A stretch of DNA of 64,000 nt, taken from NCBI GenBank assembly GCA_002780895.1, contig PEUB01000036.1, forward strand, positions 5,547-69,546, read 5' to 3'. The stretch's first letter is position 1. Every line of letters starts with the position of its first letter. The notes beneath the pieces were generated by a model, which saw only the letters and a program-made list of their open reading frames with translations, searched no databases and was not told the DNA's origin. The position numbers and the translations under genes are program-made. Positions 18,263-26,079 of the stretch are shown here, in pieces. This DNA comes from Nitrospirae bacterium CG02_land_8_20_14_3_00_41_53. GTDB taxonomy: Bacteria; Nitrospirota; Thermodesulfovibrionia; Thermodesulfovibrionales; SM23-35.

Positions 18263-20356
18263 TCAACCTGTCTTGAACAGTTCAATCTTCCCTTCCCAGA
18301 ATGTCTCAAGGGATTTCCTCAATAAAGGAAATCCCTTCAAATCAGGATCTCTATCTATGATGCTGAATGCCTCTCTTCTTGCTTTACTAAGGAGCATTCC
18401 ATCCCTGATGATGTTTGCTATCCTGAGGTCTGGCATGCCGGATTGACGCGTTCCAAAGAATTCTCCCGGCCCTCTTATATTCAGGTCTTCCTCAGCTATC
18501 CTGAAACCATCATTGCTCTTTACCATTATATCAAGTCTTCTCTTAGCTTCTTCCCTATAGGGTTCATATGCTAATAGTATACAATAGGATTGATACGATC
18601 CCCTACCAATCCTTCCCCTGAGCTGATGTAGCTGGGAAAGCCCAAATCTCTCAGCATGTATTATAAGCATAAGCGTTGCATTCGGCACATCTACACCTAC
18701 CTCTATTACGGTTGTCGTAACCAGTATGTCTATTTCTCCCTGTTTAAAAGATGCCATTATCTCTTCTCTTTCCTGCGCCTTCATCCTGCCATGAAGTAAC
18801 ATGACCTTAAATTCAGGGAAGAACTTCTCTAAGGCATTTTTACCTATTATCGCCGACCTGAGATCAGTTTTCTCTGACTCTTCTATTATCGGATAAACAA
18901 CATAGACCTGTCTTCCTTTTTTTACCTCTTCTTTGATAATCCTGTATATGTAGTCCTTCTGTTTTGAATTAAACAAAAGAGTTGTTACAGGTCTTCTTTC
19001 AGGCGGAAGTTCATCAATAACAGAGTAATCGAGATCACCATATAATGTAAGCGCGAGTGTCCTTGGTATCGGGGTTGCTGTCATGACAAGGACATCAGGG
19101 TTATTTGCCTTTCTCCTGAGAAGGGCCCTTTGCATTACACCGAACCTATGTTGTTCATCTATAACCACGAGACCGAGGTTTTTAAATACCACCCCTTCCT
19201 GGATAAGTGCATGGGTTCCAACAACCATATCAATCTCTCCTGAGGCAATCTTGTTTAGAGGTCTATCTTTCATGCTGCCTGTCAAAAGACATAGCTTCAA
19301 ACCCAGGTCTTCTATCATCCTGTATATATTAATATAGTGCTGTTCAGCTAATATTTCCGTTGGTGCCATCAGGGCTGATTGATATCTACATTCGGCTGCG
19401 GTCAGCATAGCCATTAAGGCAACAATAGTCTTTCCACAACCAACGTCACCTTCTATGAGCCTGTTCATGGGGTAAGGCCTTTTCATGTCTCTGATTATAT
19501 CGTTAAATACATTTTCCTGCGCCCTCGTTAACCTGAATGGAAGTACCTCCATAAGTCTTTTCAGGAAGGTACCTCCAGGATTAAATGCAATCCCTTTTTT
19601 AAGTATGCTCCCCCTCTTCATTACAGCGAGCCCGAGTTCGAGCATAAAGAGCTCATCAAACGCAAGTCTTTTGTGAAAATCACTCACTCCCCTGTTAAGA
19701 AGTTCCACATCAACATAAGAATCAGGAAAGTGAATCTGTGAAAGGCTTTGAGAGAGATCCGGCAATGCGGTTCTATTAATGATTTCCGCAGGTATTGTAT
19801 CGCTTACATCTTTAATACATGTGGTTAGAATATTGAACATTATTGACCGAATCTGTCTTACACTTAAGCCGCTTGTTACCCTGTATACAGGCACAACCCT
19901 GTTTGTATGGATTAACGGATCACCATCATCACTCACAATTTCATATTCAGGGTTATCCATCTCAAATCCAATCCCCCGGTAAGGATTCCTTTTGACAGAA
20001 CCGCAAAGCAATACCTCATGCCCTACCTTGAAATTCTTTTTCATGAAAGGCTGGTTAAACCATTTACCCTTTAAAAGACCACTTCCGTCATTAATTGTGA
20101 GTTCGAATATCTTCAGATTTCTTCCCGGTAGTCTTATCACTTCAGCAGAAATAACCTTTCCGAATACAGTTTCTGTATTACCGTACCTCAGATCACTTAT
20201 CTTTCTGATATTACTTCTGTCTTCGTATCTGTATGGCAGGTAGTACAAGGCATCTTTAACTGTTTTGATACCGAGACGAGTCAAGAGGCTGGCCCTTTTA
20301 GGCCCTACACCTTTTATATACTGGATCTGAAAATCTGAAAGGTTTTTAACCATCAA
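18263..20356 (-). CDS. recG: ATP-dependent DNA helicase RecG
   Basis: 697 aa with a wedge domain and SF2 helicase motifs (GDVGCGKT, DEQH, and TATPIPRT in place of the usual SAT motif). Confidence 0.94.
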   Translation of the reverse strand: MMVKNLSDFQIQYIKGVGPKRASLLTRLGIKTVKDALYYLPYRYEDRSNIRKISDLRYGNTETVFGKVISAEVIRLPGRNLKIFELTINDGSGLLKGKWFNQPFMKKNFKVGHEVLLCGSVKRNPYRGIGFEMDNPEYEIVSDDGDPLIHTNRVVPVYRVTSGLSVRQIRSIMFNILTTCIKDVSDTIPAEIINRTALPDLSQSLSQIHFPDSYVDVELLNRGVSDFHKRLAFDELFMLELGLAVMKRGSILKKGIAFNPGGTFLKRLMEVLPFRLTRAQENVFNDIIRDMKRPYPMNRLIEGDVGCGKTIVALMAMLTAAECRYQSALMAPTEILAEQHYINIYRMIEDLGLKLCLLTGSMKDRPLNKIASGEIDMVVGTHALIQEGVVFKNLGLVVIDEQHRFGVMQRALLRRKANNPDVLVMTATPIPRTLALTLYGDLDYSVIDELPPERRPVTTLLFNSKQKDYIYRIIKEEVKKGRQVYVVYPIIEESEKTDLRSAIIGKNALEKFFPEFKVMLLHGRMKAQEREEIMASFKQGEIDILVTTTVIEVGVDVPNATLMLIIHAERFGLSQLHQLRGRIGRGSYQSYCILLAYEPYREEAKRRLDIMVKSNDGFRIAEEDLNIRGPGEFFGTRQSGMPDLRIANIIRDGMLLSKARREAFSIIDRDPDLKGFPLLRKSLETFWEGKIELFKTG

Positions 20357-21434
20357 CAGAAGGGGGAGAGAAAGTCCTGTCTGCTTCTTCCATTTTTATC
20401 TTAGAATATTCAGTTTCGCTTAATATATCTATATCCCAGCCTGTGAGCTTCATTGCAAGCCTGACATTCTGACCTTTTTTGCCTATAGCAAGCGAGAGTT
20501 GCTGGTCATTTACAACTACCATGGCTGTCTTAGCTTCCTCATTTATCCCTATTCTGTCAACCGCAGCAGGGCTTAACGCCCTTGCAATAAGCTGCCTGGG
20601 ATCATCAGTCCATGGTATGATATCTATCCTCTCTCCCCTGAGTTCACGCACTATTGATTGTACCCTTGTACCTTTCATTCCCACGCATGCACCTACTGGG
20701 TCAATAGAAGGATTCTTCGAGTACACTGCCAGTTTTGTCCTTTCTCCAGGCTCCCTGACTATATCTTTGATTATGACAAGCCCTTCATTAATCTCCGGGA
20801 CCTCCATCTTAAATAAAGCTGCAACGAATAGCGGGTTGGTCCTCGTAACCACAATCGCCGGCCCCTTTGGTGTTATCCTCACATCTTCTATAAATGCCCT
20901 GACAGTATCGCCTCGCTTCAAGTTTTCATTAGGAAGGGTTTCCTTTATTGGCAGCATGGCCTCTGTCTTACCGAGGTTAAGAAAATATACCCCCTTTTCT
21001 TTTCTCATGACTATCCCGCTTACAATCTGCCCTACCTTGTCCTTAAATTCACTGTAAATCACATCTCTTTCTGCTTCCCTCACCCTCTGAAAGATAACTT
21101 GTTTTGCTGTCTGGGCAGCAATCCTGCTAAATCCATGCAAATCTAAAGGTACATTGACTGTATCTCCATCCAGCATCTCAGGAAAAATCTTTCTGGCATC
21201 ATCAATAGAGATTTCTTCGTCTTTATCGGAAACCTTTGAGACAATCTTTTTAGTTTCAAAGACAGATATGTCGCATGTCTTTGGATCTATTCTGAGATCT
21301 ATGTTAGTCCTACCACCAAATTTTTTCCTTGTGGCAGAAAGCAAGGCAGACCTTAAGGTTTCAATCAATATATCTCTTGATATACCTTTTTCTCTGCTTA
21401 TCTGGTCTACTACATAGCAGAGTTCTTTTGACAT
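20346..21434 (-). CDS. nusA: Transcription termination/antitermination factor NusA (no C-terminal AR repeats)
   Basis: 362 aa with N-terminal domain, S1 and KH1/KH2 (GACVGMKGTRVQSI, AIGKKGQNVRLA). Confidence 0.95.
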   Translation of the reverse strand: MSKELCYVVDQISREKGISRDILIETLRSALLSATRKKFGGRTNIDLRIDPKTCDISVFETKKIVSKVSDKDEEISIDDARKIFPEMLDGDTVNVPLDLHGFSRIAAQTAKQVIFQRVREAERDVIYSEFKDKVGQIVSGIVMRKEKGVYFLNLGKTEAMLPIKETLPNENLKRGDTVRAFIEDVRITPKGPAIVVTRTNPLFVAALFKMEVPEINEGLVIIKDIVREPGERTKLAVYSKNPSIDPVGACVGMKGTRVQSIVRELRGERIDIIPWTDDPRQLIARALSPAAVDRIGINEEAKTAMVVVNDQQLSLAIGKKGQNVRLAMKLTGWDIDILSETEYSKIKMEEADRTFSPPSVDG

Positions 21435-21886
21435 TTAAACTCTACCTCCAGTCTTGCTTTTGATATTCTATCAAATGGTATATCTATCTTACGTTCATTT
21501 ACTAAGAGTTTTACAAAATCATTGCTGACTTCTAATATGCGGCCTATAAAAAATTTCTGGTTCTCTATTTTCTCTACTGTAACTATGCGGGTAAGCTTAC
21601 CTGTATTTTTCTCAAAATCCTTTATGCCCTTCAGCGGTCTGTCAAGGCCCGGAGAAGAAATCTCCAGCGTGTATGACCCTGGAAACGGGTTTTCAACATC
21701 TAAGACAGCCCCAAGGCTTTTGCTGAACCTCTCACAGTCATTTAGAGTAACCCCCTCTTCTTTATCAATAATAACCCTGAGCAATAACTTACCCTTTCCT
21801 AATAACTCAATGTCAAATATTTCAACACCCTGCTTATCAGCAACCTGTTTTGCAAAGTTTAAAACCTTTTGCTTTATATCATTCAT
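21410..21886 (-). CDS. rimP: Ribosome maturation factor RimP
   Basis: 158 aa with LEISSPGLDRPL motif. It sits immediately upstream of nusA and overlaps it. Confidence 0.92.
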   Translation of the reverse strand: MNDIKQKVLNFAKQVADKQGVEIFDIELLGKGKLLLRVIIDKEEGVTLNDCERFSKSLGAVLDVENPFPGSYTLEISSPGLDRPLKGIKDFEKNTGKLTRIVTVEKIENQKFFIGRILEVSNDFVKLLVNERKIDIPFDRISKARLEVEFKCQKNSAM

Positions 21887-21907
21887 AATTCAATCCTGTA
21901 TTCAAGG

Positions 21908-22002
21908 TGTAGCCGCAACCTTTAGGTTGCGTGGTTTTCTGTATGTATCTTTTACGATTCATAAACGCAGGCTAAAGCCTGTGGCTACAAAGAATCGTAA
22001 AA
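21908..22002. repeat. TGTAGCCGC-family nested palindromic element
   Basis: tgtagccgcaacctttaggttgcg pairs with cgcaggctaaagcctgtggctaca. The right-hand module lies inside the arms ttttacgattc/gaatcgtaaaa. A related copy is at 30411..30453. Confidence 0.8.
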
Positions 22003-22016
22003 ACCCTATAAAACAA

Positions 22017-22038
22017 AAGAGTGGGTAAACCCACTCTT
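22017..22038 (-). terminator. Intrinsic-terminator-like hairpin in the rimP-nusA leader
   Basis: 9-bp stem aagagtggg/cccactctt with loop taaa. On the minus strand it is followed by cttttgttttat. Confidence 0.55.
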
Positions 22039-22100
22039 CGCATTGAAAATCATATAGAATTATTCATTATAATATCAGTTTTTAGTATGAAAAGCAAATT

Positions 22101-22125
22101 CAGGGATGGGTGGTACCCATCCCTG
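22101..22125 (-). terminator. Intrinsic terminator of the small lipoprotein gene
   Basis: 10-bp stem cagggatggg/cccatccctg, 13 nt after the stop. The minus-strand tail is aatttgctttt. Confidence 0.6.
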
Positions 22126-22138
22126 AAAATCTAATAAA

Positions 22139-22318
22139 CTACTTACCTGCTGGTGGGGCTGGTGCAGGTGCTGGTGCTGGTGCCTCTGGTGCTGGGGCTG
22201 GTGCTGTTGCCGGTGCAGGAGCCGGTGCCTCTGGCTTTGGTGTTTCAGCTGGCTTGCAGCCCACACTAAAAGCCGCAAGTAACAATAATGATAAGACTAA
22301 CGCTAAAAACCTCTTCAT
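22139..22318 (-). CDS. Small lipoprotein with Pro/Ala-rich tail (59 aa)
   Basis: Missed by the ORF track (under 60 aa). GGAGGTG RBS, then MKRFLALVLSLLLLAAFSVGC (signal peptide plus lipobox Cys), then KPAETPKPEAPAPAPATAPAPAPEAPAPAPAPAPPAGK. A terminator hairpin follows. Confidence 0.7.
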   Translation of the reverse strand: MKRFLALVLSLLLLAAFSVGCKPAETPKPEAPAPAPATAPAPAPEAPAPAPAPAPPAGK

Positions 22319-22656
22319 TAATTTTCACCTCCTTCCAAGAATACTTAATAAATATCTTAAAAAGATATTATAACACAAAAATCTTTGTCAACCTTAAATT
22401 TCAAGGAAATTTTATAACTGTGTGCTATAAAAATCAAGATGTTTCTGACAATAATTTATTCAAAAGAGATTTACATCACTATTACCTGCTGAAAATTAGT
22501 TAAGTTAAGGTATAATATTTATCTTAAGATGCCTCGAATTTTTTTAAAGTCCATCAAAAAAACTCTTTACCTGAAAATAAAATTTATGTTATTATGGTGA
22601 TATTTACCTTTACCCTGGAGTCCTGATGGGTAAGGGAAGGAAGGAGTCTTCAGGAA

Positions 22657-23439
22657 ATGTTAATAATAGGGGAGAAGCTAAGCATAATAGCCAAGAGGGT
22701 AAGAGAGGCTATGATGAAAAAAGACAAAGGACCTATACAGGATATCGCAACTTCTCAATGGAAAGCAGAAGCAGGGATGATAGATGCGAATATAGGTCCG
22801 GCTGAAGACGGTGGTGGGGAATTAATGCAGTGGATGGTCACTACTATACAGGAGGTTGTCCCCCTTCCTTTGTGTCTTGACACAACAAATTATAATGCAA
22901 TAGAGGCTGGCCTCAAGGTACACAATAACCAGTGGGGAAGACCCCTGATAAATTCTACATCAAATGATCCCGAGAGGTTTGCAATGCTTGAACTTGCAGC
23001 AAAATATAATGCTCAGATAATCGGTCTTACAGTCGGTAAGGGCGGACTCCCGGCAGATGCCGAGGAAAGGGCTGCCATCGCAGCAGAGATTATGGCAAGG
23101 GCTGCGGAATATGGAGTTCCGCTTGAGGACTTATATCTCGACCCCCTTGTCCTGCAGATTGCAACTTCACAGGATCATGCATTAAAGGTTATAAAAGCAA
23201 TAAAGATGTTTCAGGAGCTGAATGATCCGCCTATGAAGACAGTAGTGGGACTTAGTAATGTTTCGAATGGATGTCCCAAACAATTGAGACCCATATTAAA
23301 CAATTATTTTCTTTCTCTATTAATATACGAAGGTCTTACTGCTGCCATAGCAGATCCGCATGAGATAACGCCAACAGTTAAGACTATAGATGTAATACTG
23401 GGCAAGACACTTTATGCCCATTCGTATCTGGAAATGTGA
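22657..23439 (+). CDS. acsE: Methyltetrahydrofolate:corrinoid/iron-sulfur protein methyltransferase
   Basis: 260 aa, collinear with my recollection of Moorella AcsE: an MLIIGE start, CLD(T/S)TN, INSTS and GLSNVS motifs. Confidence 0.93.
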   Translation: MLIIGEKLSIIAKRVREAMMKKDKGPIQDIATSQWKAEAGMIDANIGPAEDGGGELMQWMVTTIQEVVPLPLCLDTTNYNAIEAGLKVHNNQWGRPLINSTSNDPERFAMLELAAKYNAQIIGLTVGKGGLPADAEERAAIAAEIMARAAEYGVPLEDLYLDPLVLQIATSQDHALKVIKAIKMFQELNDPPMKTVVGLSNVSNGCPKQLRPILNNYFLSLLIYEGLTAAIADPHEITPTVKTIDVILGKTLYAHSYLEM

Positions 23440-23443
23440 AAAA

Positions 23444-23527
23444 GAGCTAAGAGCTAAGAGCTAAGGCAAAAAACTCCATGCTCTTTGCTATTCGCTCTAT
23501 GCTAATTGCTCTTTGCTCTTTGCTAAA
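23444..23527. repeat. Heptad-phased array element (12 units of 7 nt) in the acsE-acsD spacer
   Basis: gagctaa x3, ggcaaaa, aactcca, tgctctt, tgctatt, cgctcta, tgctaat, tgctctt x2, tgctaaa. It belongs to the same family as 7095..7164, in opposite orientation. Confidence 0.85.
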
Positions 23528-23539
23528 GAGGAGGTTGAA

Positions 23540-24481
23540 ACGGCTTTTGCCCCACCAAAAGATACTTATTCAGGTAAGGTTTACTCAGTAAATATCGGCA
23601 CTGCCTCAGGAGAAGTTACCTTTGGAGGTGAGAATATACTTCCATTCCATACCTTTGAAGGTGTAGCGCCGAACAGACCTCTTATTGCATTTGAGATACA
23701 GGATGTTCCCCCAACTGACTGGCCAGAAAATGTACAAAAACCGTATAAGGATGTTTCGAATGACCCTGTATCATGGGCAAAATTTTGTCAGGATACTTTA
23801 AAGGCCAGGGCCATAGCGCTCAGGCTCATAGGCACGCACCCTGATAGGGAGAATCGTTCGCCTGAGGATGCAGCAAAGACTGTCAGGGATGTTCTTTCTG
23901 CAATAAGCATTCCGTTGATTATACTCGGAAGTAACCATGCTGAGAAGGATGCCTCTGTTTTAATTGCTGCTGCAGAGGCTGCAAAAGACAGGAACTGTAT
24001 TATAGGTAAGGCACAGGAGGCGAATTATAAGACGATTGCTGCTGCTGCAATGGCTAACAAACACAAATTGATTGCTATGTCTGAGCTTGATATAAATCTT
24101 TCGAAACAGTTGAACATCCTTATCACACAGATGGGGTTTGACAAAGAGAGATTAATTACAGACCCGATGTGTTCGGCCCTCGGGTACGGTCTTGAATATA
24201 CCTATTCGGTTATGGAGAGGATAAGGCTTGCTGCCCTTACACAGAATGATATAACCATGCAGCCACCAATGTTGGGTGACATAGGGATGTATGTCTGGAA
24301 GGTAAAAGAGGCGCAGGCTAGCGAAGCAGATTTACCTCAGTGGGGTTCTTTAGAAGAGAGAGGAATAGCATGGGAGGCTGTTACAGCAACAGCATTAATT
24401 ATAGCTGGTGTTGAACTTCTTATAATGCGTCACCCCAAGGCTGTTGAAGCAGTAGAAAAGGTGATTGAAGAACTTGTTTAA
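23540..24481 (+). CDS. acsD: Corrinoid/iron-sulfur protein small subunit (AcsD/CdhD-like)
   Basis: ORF 23513..24481 with VTFGGENILPFHTFEG and a TIM-barrel-like remainder. The only canonical in-frame start (TTG 23513) lies inside the repeat array and has no SD. A strong SD (GGAGG, 23530..23534) sits 5 nt before an in-frame ACG at 23540. The 5' end is therefore uncertain. Confidence 0.85.
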   Translation, partial: TAFAPPKDTYSGKVYSVNIGTASGEVTFGGENILPFHTFEGVAPNRPLIAFEIQDVPPTDWPENVQKPYKDVSNDPVSWAKFCQDTLKARAIALRLIGTHPDRENRSPEDAAKTVRDVLSAISIPLIILGSNHAEKDASVLIAAAEAAKDRNCIIGKAQEANYKTIAAAAMANKHKLIAMSELDINLSKQLNILITQMGFDKERLITDPMCSALGYGLEYTYSVMERIRLAALTQNDITMQPPMLGDIGMYVWKVKEAQASEADLPQWGSLEERGIAWEAVTATALIIAGVELLIMRHPKAVEAVEKVIEELV

Positions 24482-24483
24482 TG

Positions 24484-24688
24484 ATAAATTCTAAATTCGA
24501 AATACTAAATTCTAAACAAATTCAAGATCCAGATGTTTAAAACTGACAACCATACTGTCATTCTGAGCGGTAGCGAAGAATCTCTTCTTATGTCAGACCC
24601 TTCGCCTTTGGCTCAGGGTGACACTAAAGTGTCATTTTGGGTATTTGATATTGTTTAGTATTTCGTGCTTAGGATTTTGAGAATTTCT
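24484..24688. repeat. Composite about 205-bp palindromic element between acsD and acsC
   Basis: Outer heptad-phased arms (24484..24525, ctaaatt cgaaata ctaaatt ctaaaca; complementary arm 24635..24688, ttgtttagtatttcg...tttgagaattt). They enclose a GTCAT-type element (24557..24622, inverted ends gtcattctgagc / gctcagggtgac) and a 6-bp hairpin at 24619..24634. Confidence 0.85.
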
Positions 24689-24702
24689 CTTGGAGGGTTG
24701 GG

Positions 24703-26055
24703 ATGGCTTTAACTGGCGTTGAAATATTTAAACTCCTACCAAAAACAAATTGTAAGAAGTGCGGGTTCCTTACATGTCTTGCCTTTGCAATGAAACTTGC
24801 CCAGAGGCAGGCCTCCTTAGATTTATGCCCTGATGTCTCTGAAGAAGCAAAACAGAAACTCGGTGAGGCATCTGCTCCTCCTGTAAGACCGATTATATTC
24901 GGTGCAGGTGATAGGTCGGTTAAGATGGGCGAGGAGACAGTGCTTTTCAGACATGATAAAAGGTTTGTTAACCCGTCTGTTTTTGCACTTGAAATAAAAG
25001 ATACATTTTCAGAAGCTGATATAAATAGTAAGATTGAGGAAGTTCTTAACTCAGAAATAGACAGGGTAGGTCAAAAACTGAGGATTGATGCAGTAGCTAT
25101 TATAAATGAATCTAATGACGTAAGAAGGTTTGAGGCTGCTTCAAAGATTATTGCAATAAAAGCACCTGACATCCCTGTAATTATCTGTACAGCCAATCCT
25201 CAGGCTGCTGAGGCAGCGGTAAAACTATTTACAGATAAGAAGCCAATCATATATGGAGTAAATTCAGAAAATACAGAGGCAATGGTCAATATCGCAAAGA
25301 CATATAAAGCAACTCTCGGTGTGGCGGCAAAATCACTTGATGAACTATCTGTCCTTACAGAAAAAGTCAAAGCAGCCGGTGTTGCTGATATAGTAATAGA
25401 TTCGGGTGCAAGGAATGCAAAGGAAATCATAGAGCATAATACATTAGTCAGAAGGGCAGCTATAAGGAAGAATTTCAAACCCCTCGGTTATCCTGTCATA
25501 ACCTTTGCACAGCGTGAAGATAGCCTTGTCGAGGTGCTTATAACAGTAATTGGGGTTGCAAAATACTCTTCAATAATTGTCCTGAGCAGTATTGAGAAGT
25601 GGAAGAACCTTGCCTTATTTACTTTGAGGCAGAATCTCTATACAGACCCACAGGTTCCGATGCAGGTTGAGCAGAAGGTTTATAAGTTTGGTGAACCAAA
25701 ATCTAATTCGCCATTGCTTATTACAACGAATTTTTCTCTTACTTATTTTATAGTCTCGGGAGAGGTTGAAAACAGTAAGGTCCCGAGTTATCTTGCTGTT
25801 ATGGATTGTGAAGGTCTTTCGGTACTTACAGCATGGGCAGCAGGGAAGTTTACAGCGGCAAGGATCGCACAGTTCATAAAGGAAAGCGGGATAGAAAATG
25901 ATATAAACGATAGGGAGCTTGTTATCCCTGGCTATGTGGCGATACTAAGCGGCGCAATAGAGGATAAACTTGAAGGCTGGAAAGTGACTGTTGGCCCGCG
26001 AGAGGCTAATGCAATACCAGCATTCTTAAAATCTAGGATGGCAAGCAAAAAATAG
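24703..26055 (+). CDS. acsC: Corrinoid/iron-sulfur protein large subunit (AcsC/CdhE-like)
   Basis: 450 aa with the N-terminal 4Fe-4S motif CKKCGFLTCLAFAM...C, followed by TIM-barrel and B12-binding regions. GGAGGG RBS. Confidence 0.92.
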   Translation: MALTGVEIFKLLPKTNCKKCGFLTCLAFAMKLAQRQASLDLCPDVSEEAKQKLGEASAPPVRPIIFGAGDRSVKMGEETVLFRHDKRFVNPSVFALEIKDTFSEADINSKIEEVLNSEIDRVGQKLRIDAVAIINESNDVRRFEAASKIIAIKAPDIPVIICTANPQAAEAAVKLFTDKKPIIYGVNSENTEAMVNIAKTYKATLGVAAKSLDELSVLTEKVKAAGVADIVIDSGARNAKEIIEHNTLVRRAAIRKNFKPLGYPVITFAQREDSLVEVLITVIGVAKYSSIIVLSSIEKWKNLALFTLRQNLYTDPQVPMQVEQKVYKFGEPKSNSPLLITTNFSLTYFIVSGEVENSKVPSYLAVMDCEGLSVLTAWAAGKFTAARIAQFIKESGIENDINDRELVIPGYVAILSGAIEDKLEGWKVTVGPREANAIPAFLKSRMASKK

Positions 26056-26079
26056 TGAATATTTTATTAGGAGGTCAGG

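Noticed and set aside
22075-22373. His/Gln-rich (minus) and Gly/Ala-rich (plus) ORFs over the hexamer-repeat region.
   Set aside because: They are alternative readings of the same GCTGGT-type repeat. Only the third reading has an RBS, signal peptide, lipobox and terminator (the small lipoprotein at 22139..22318).
22385-22656. Promoter or riboswitch upstream of acsE. Candidates were TTTACC-18-TGtTATTAT at 22566..22595, TATAAT at 22511, and a 9-bp hairpin at 22606..22640 next to the RBS.
   Set aside because: Several competing promoter-like motifs exist and I could recognise no riboswitch consensus by eye. This is too uncertain to list as a feature without TSS data.
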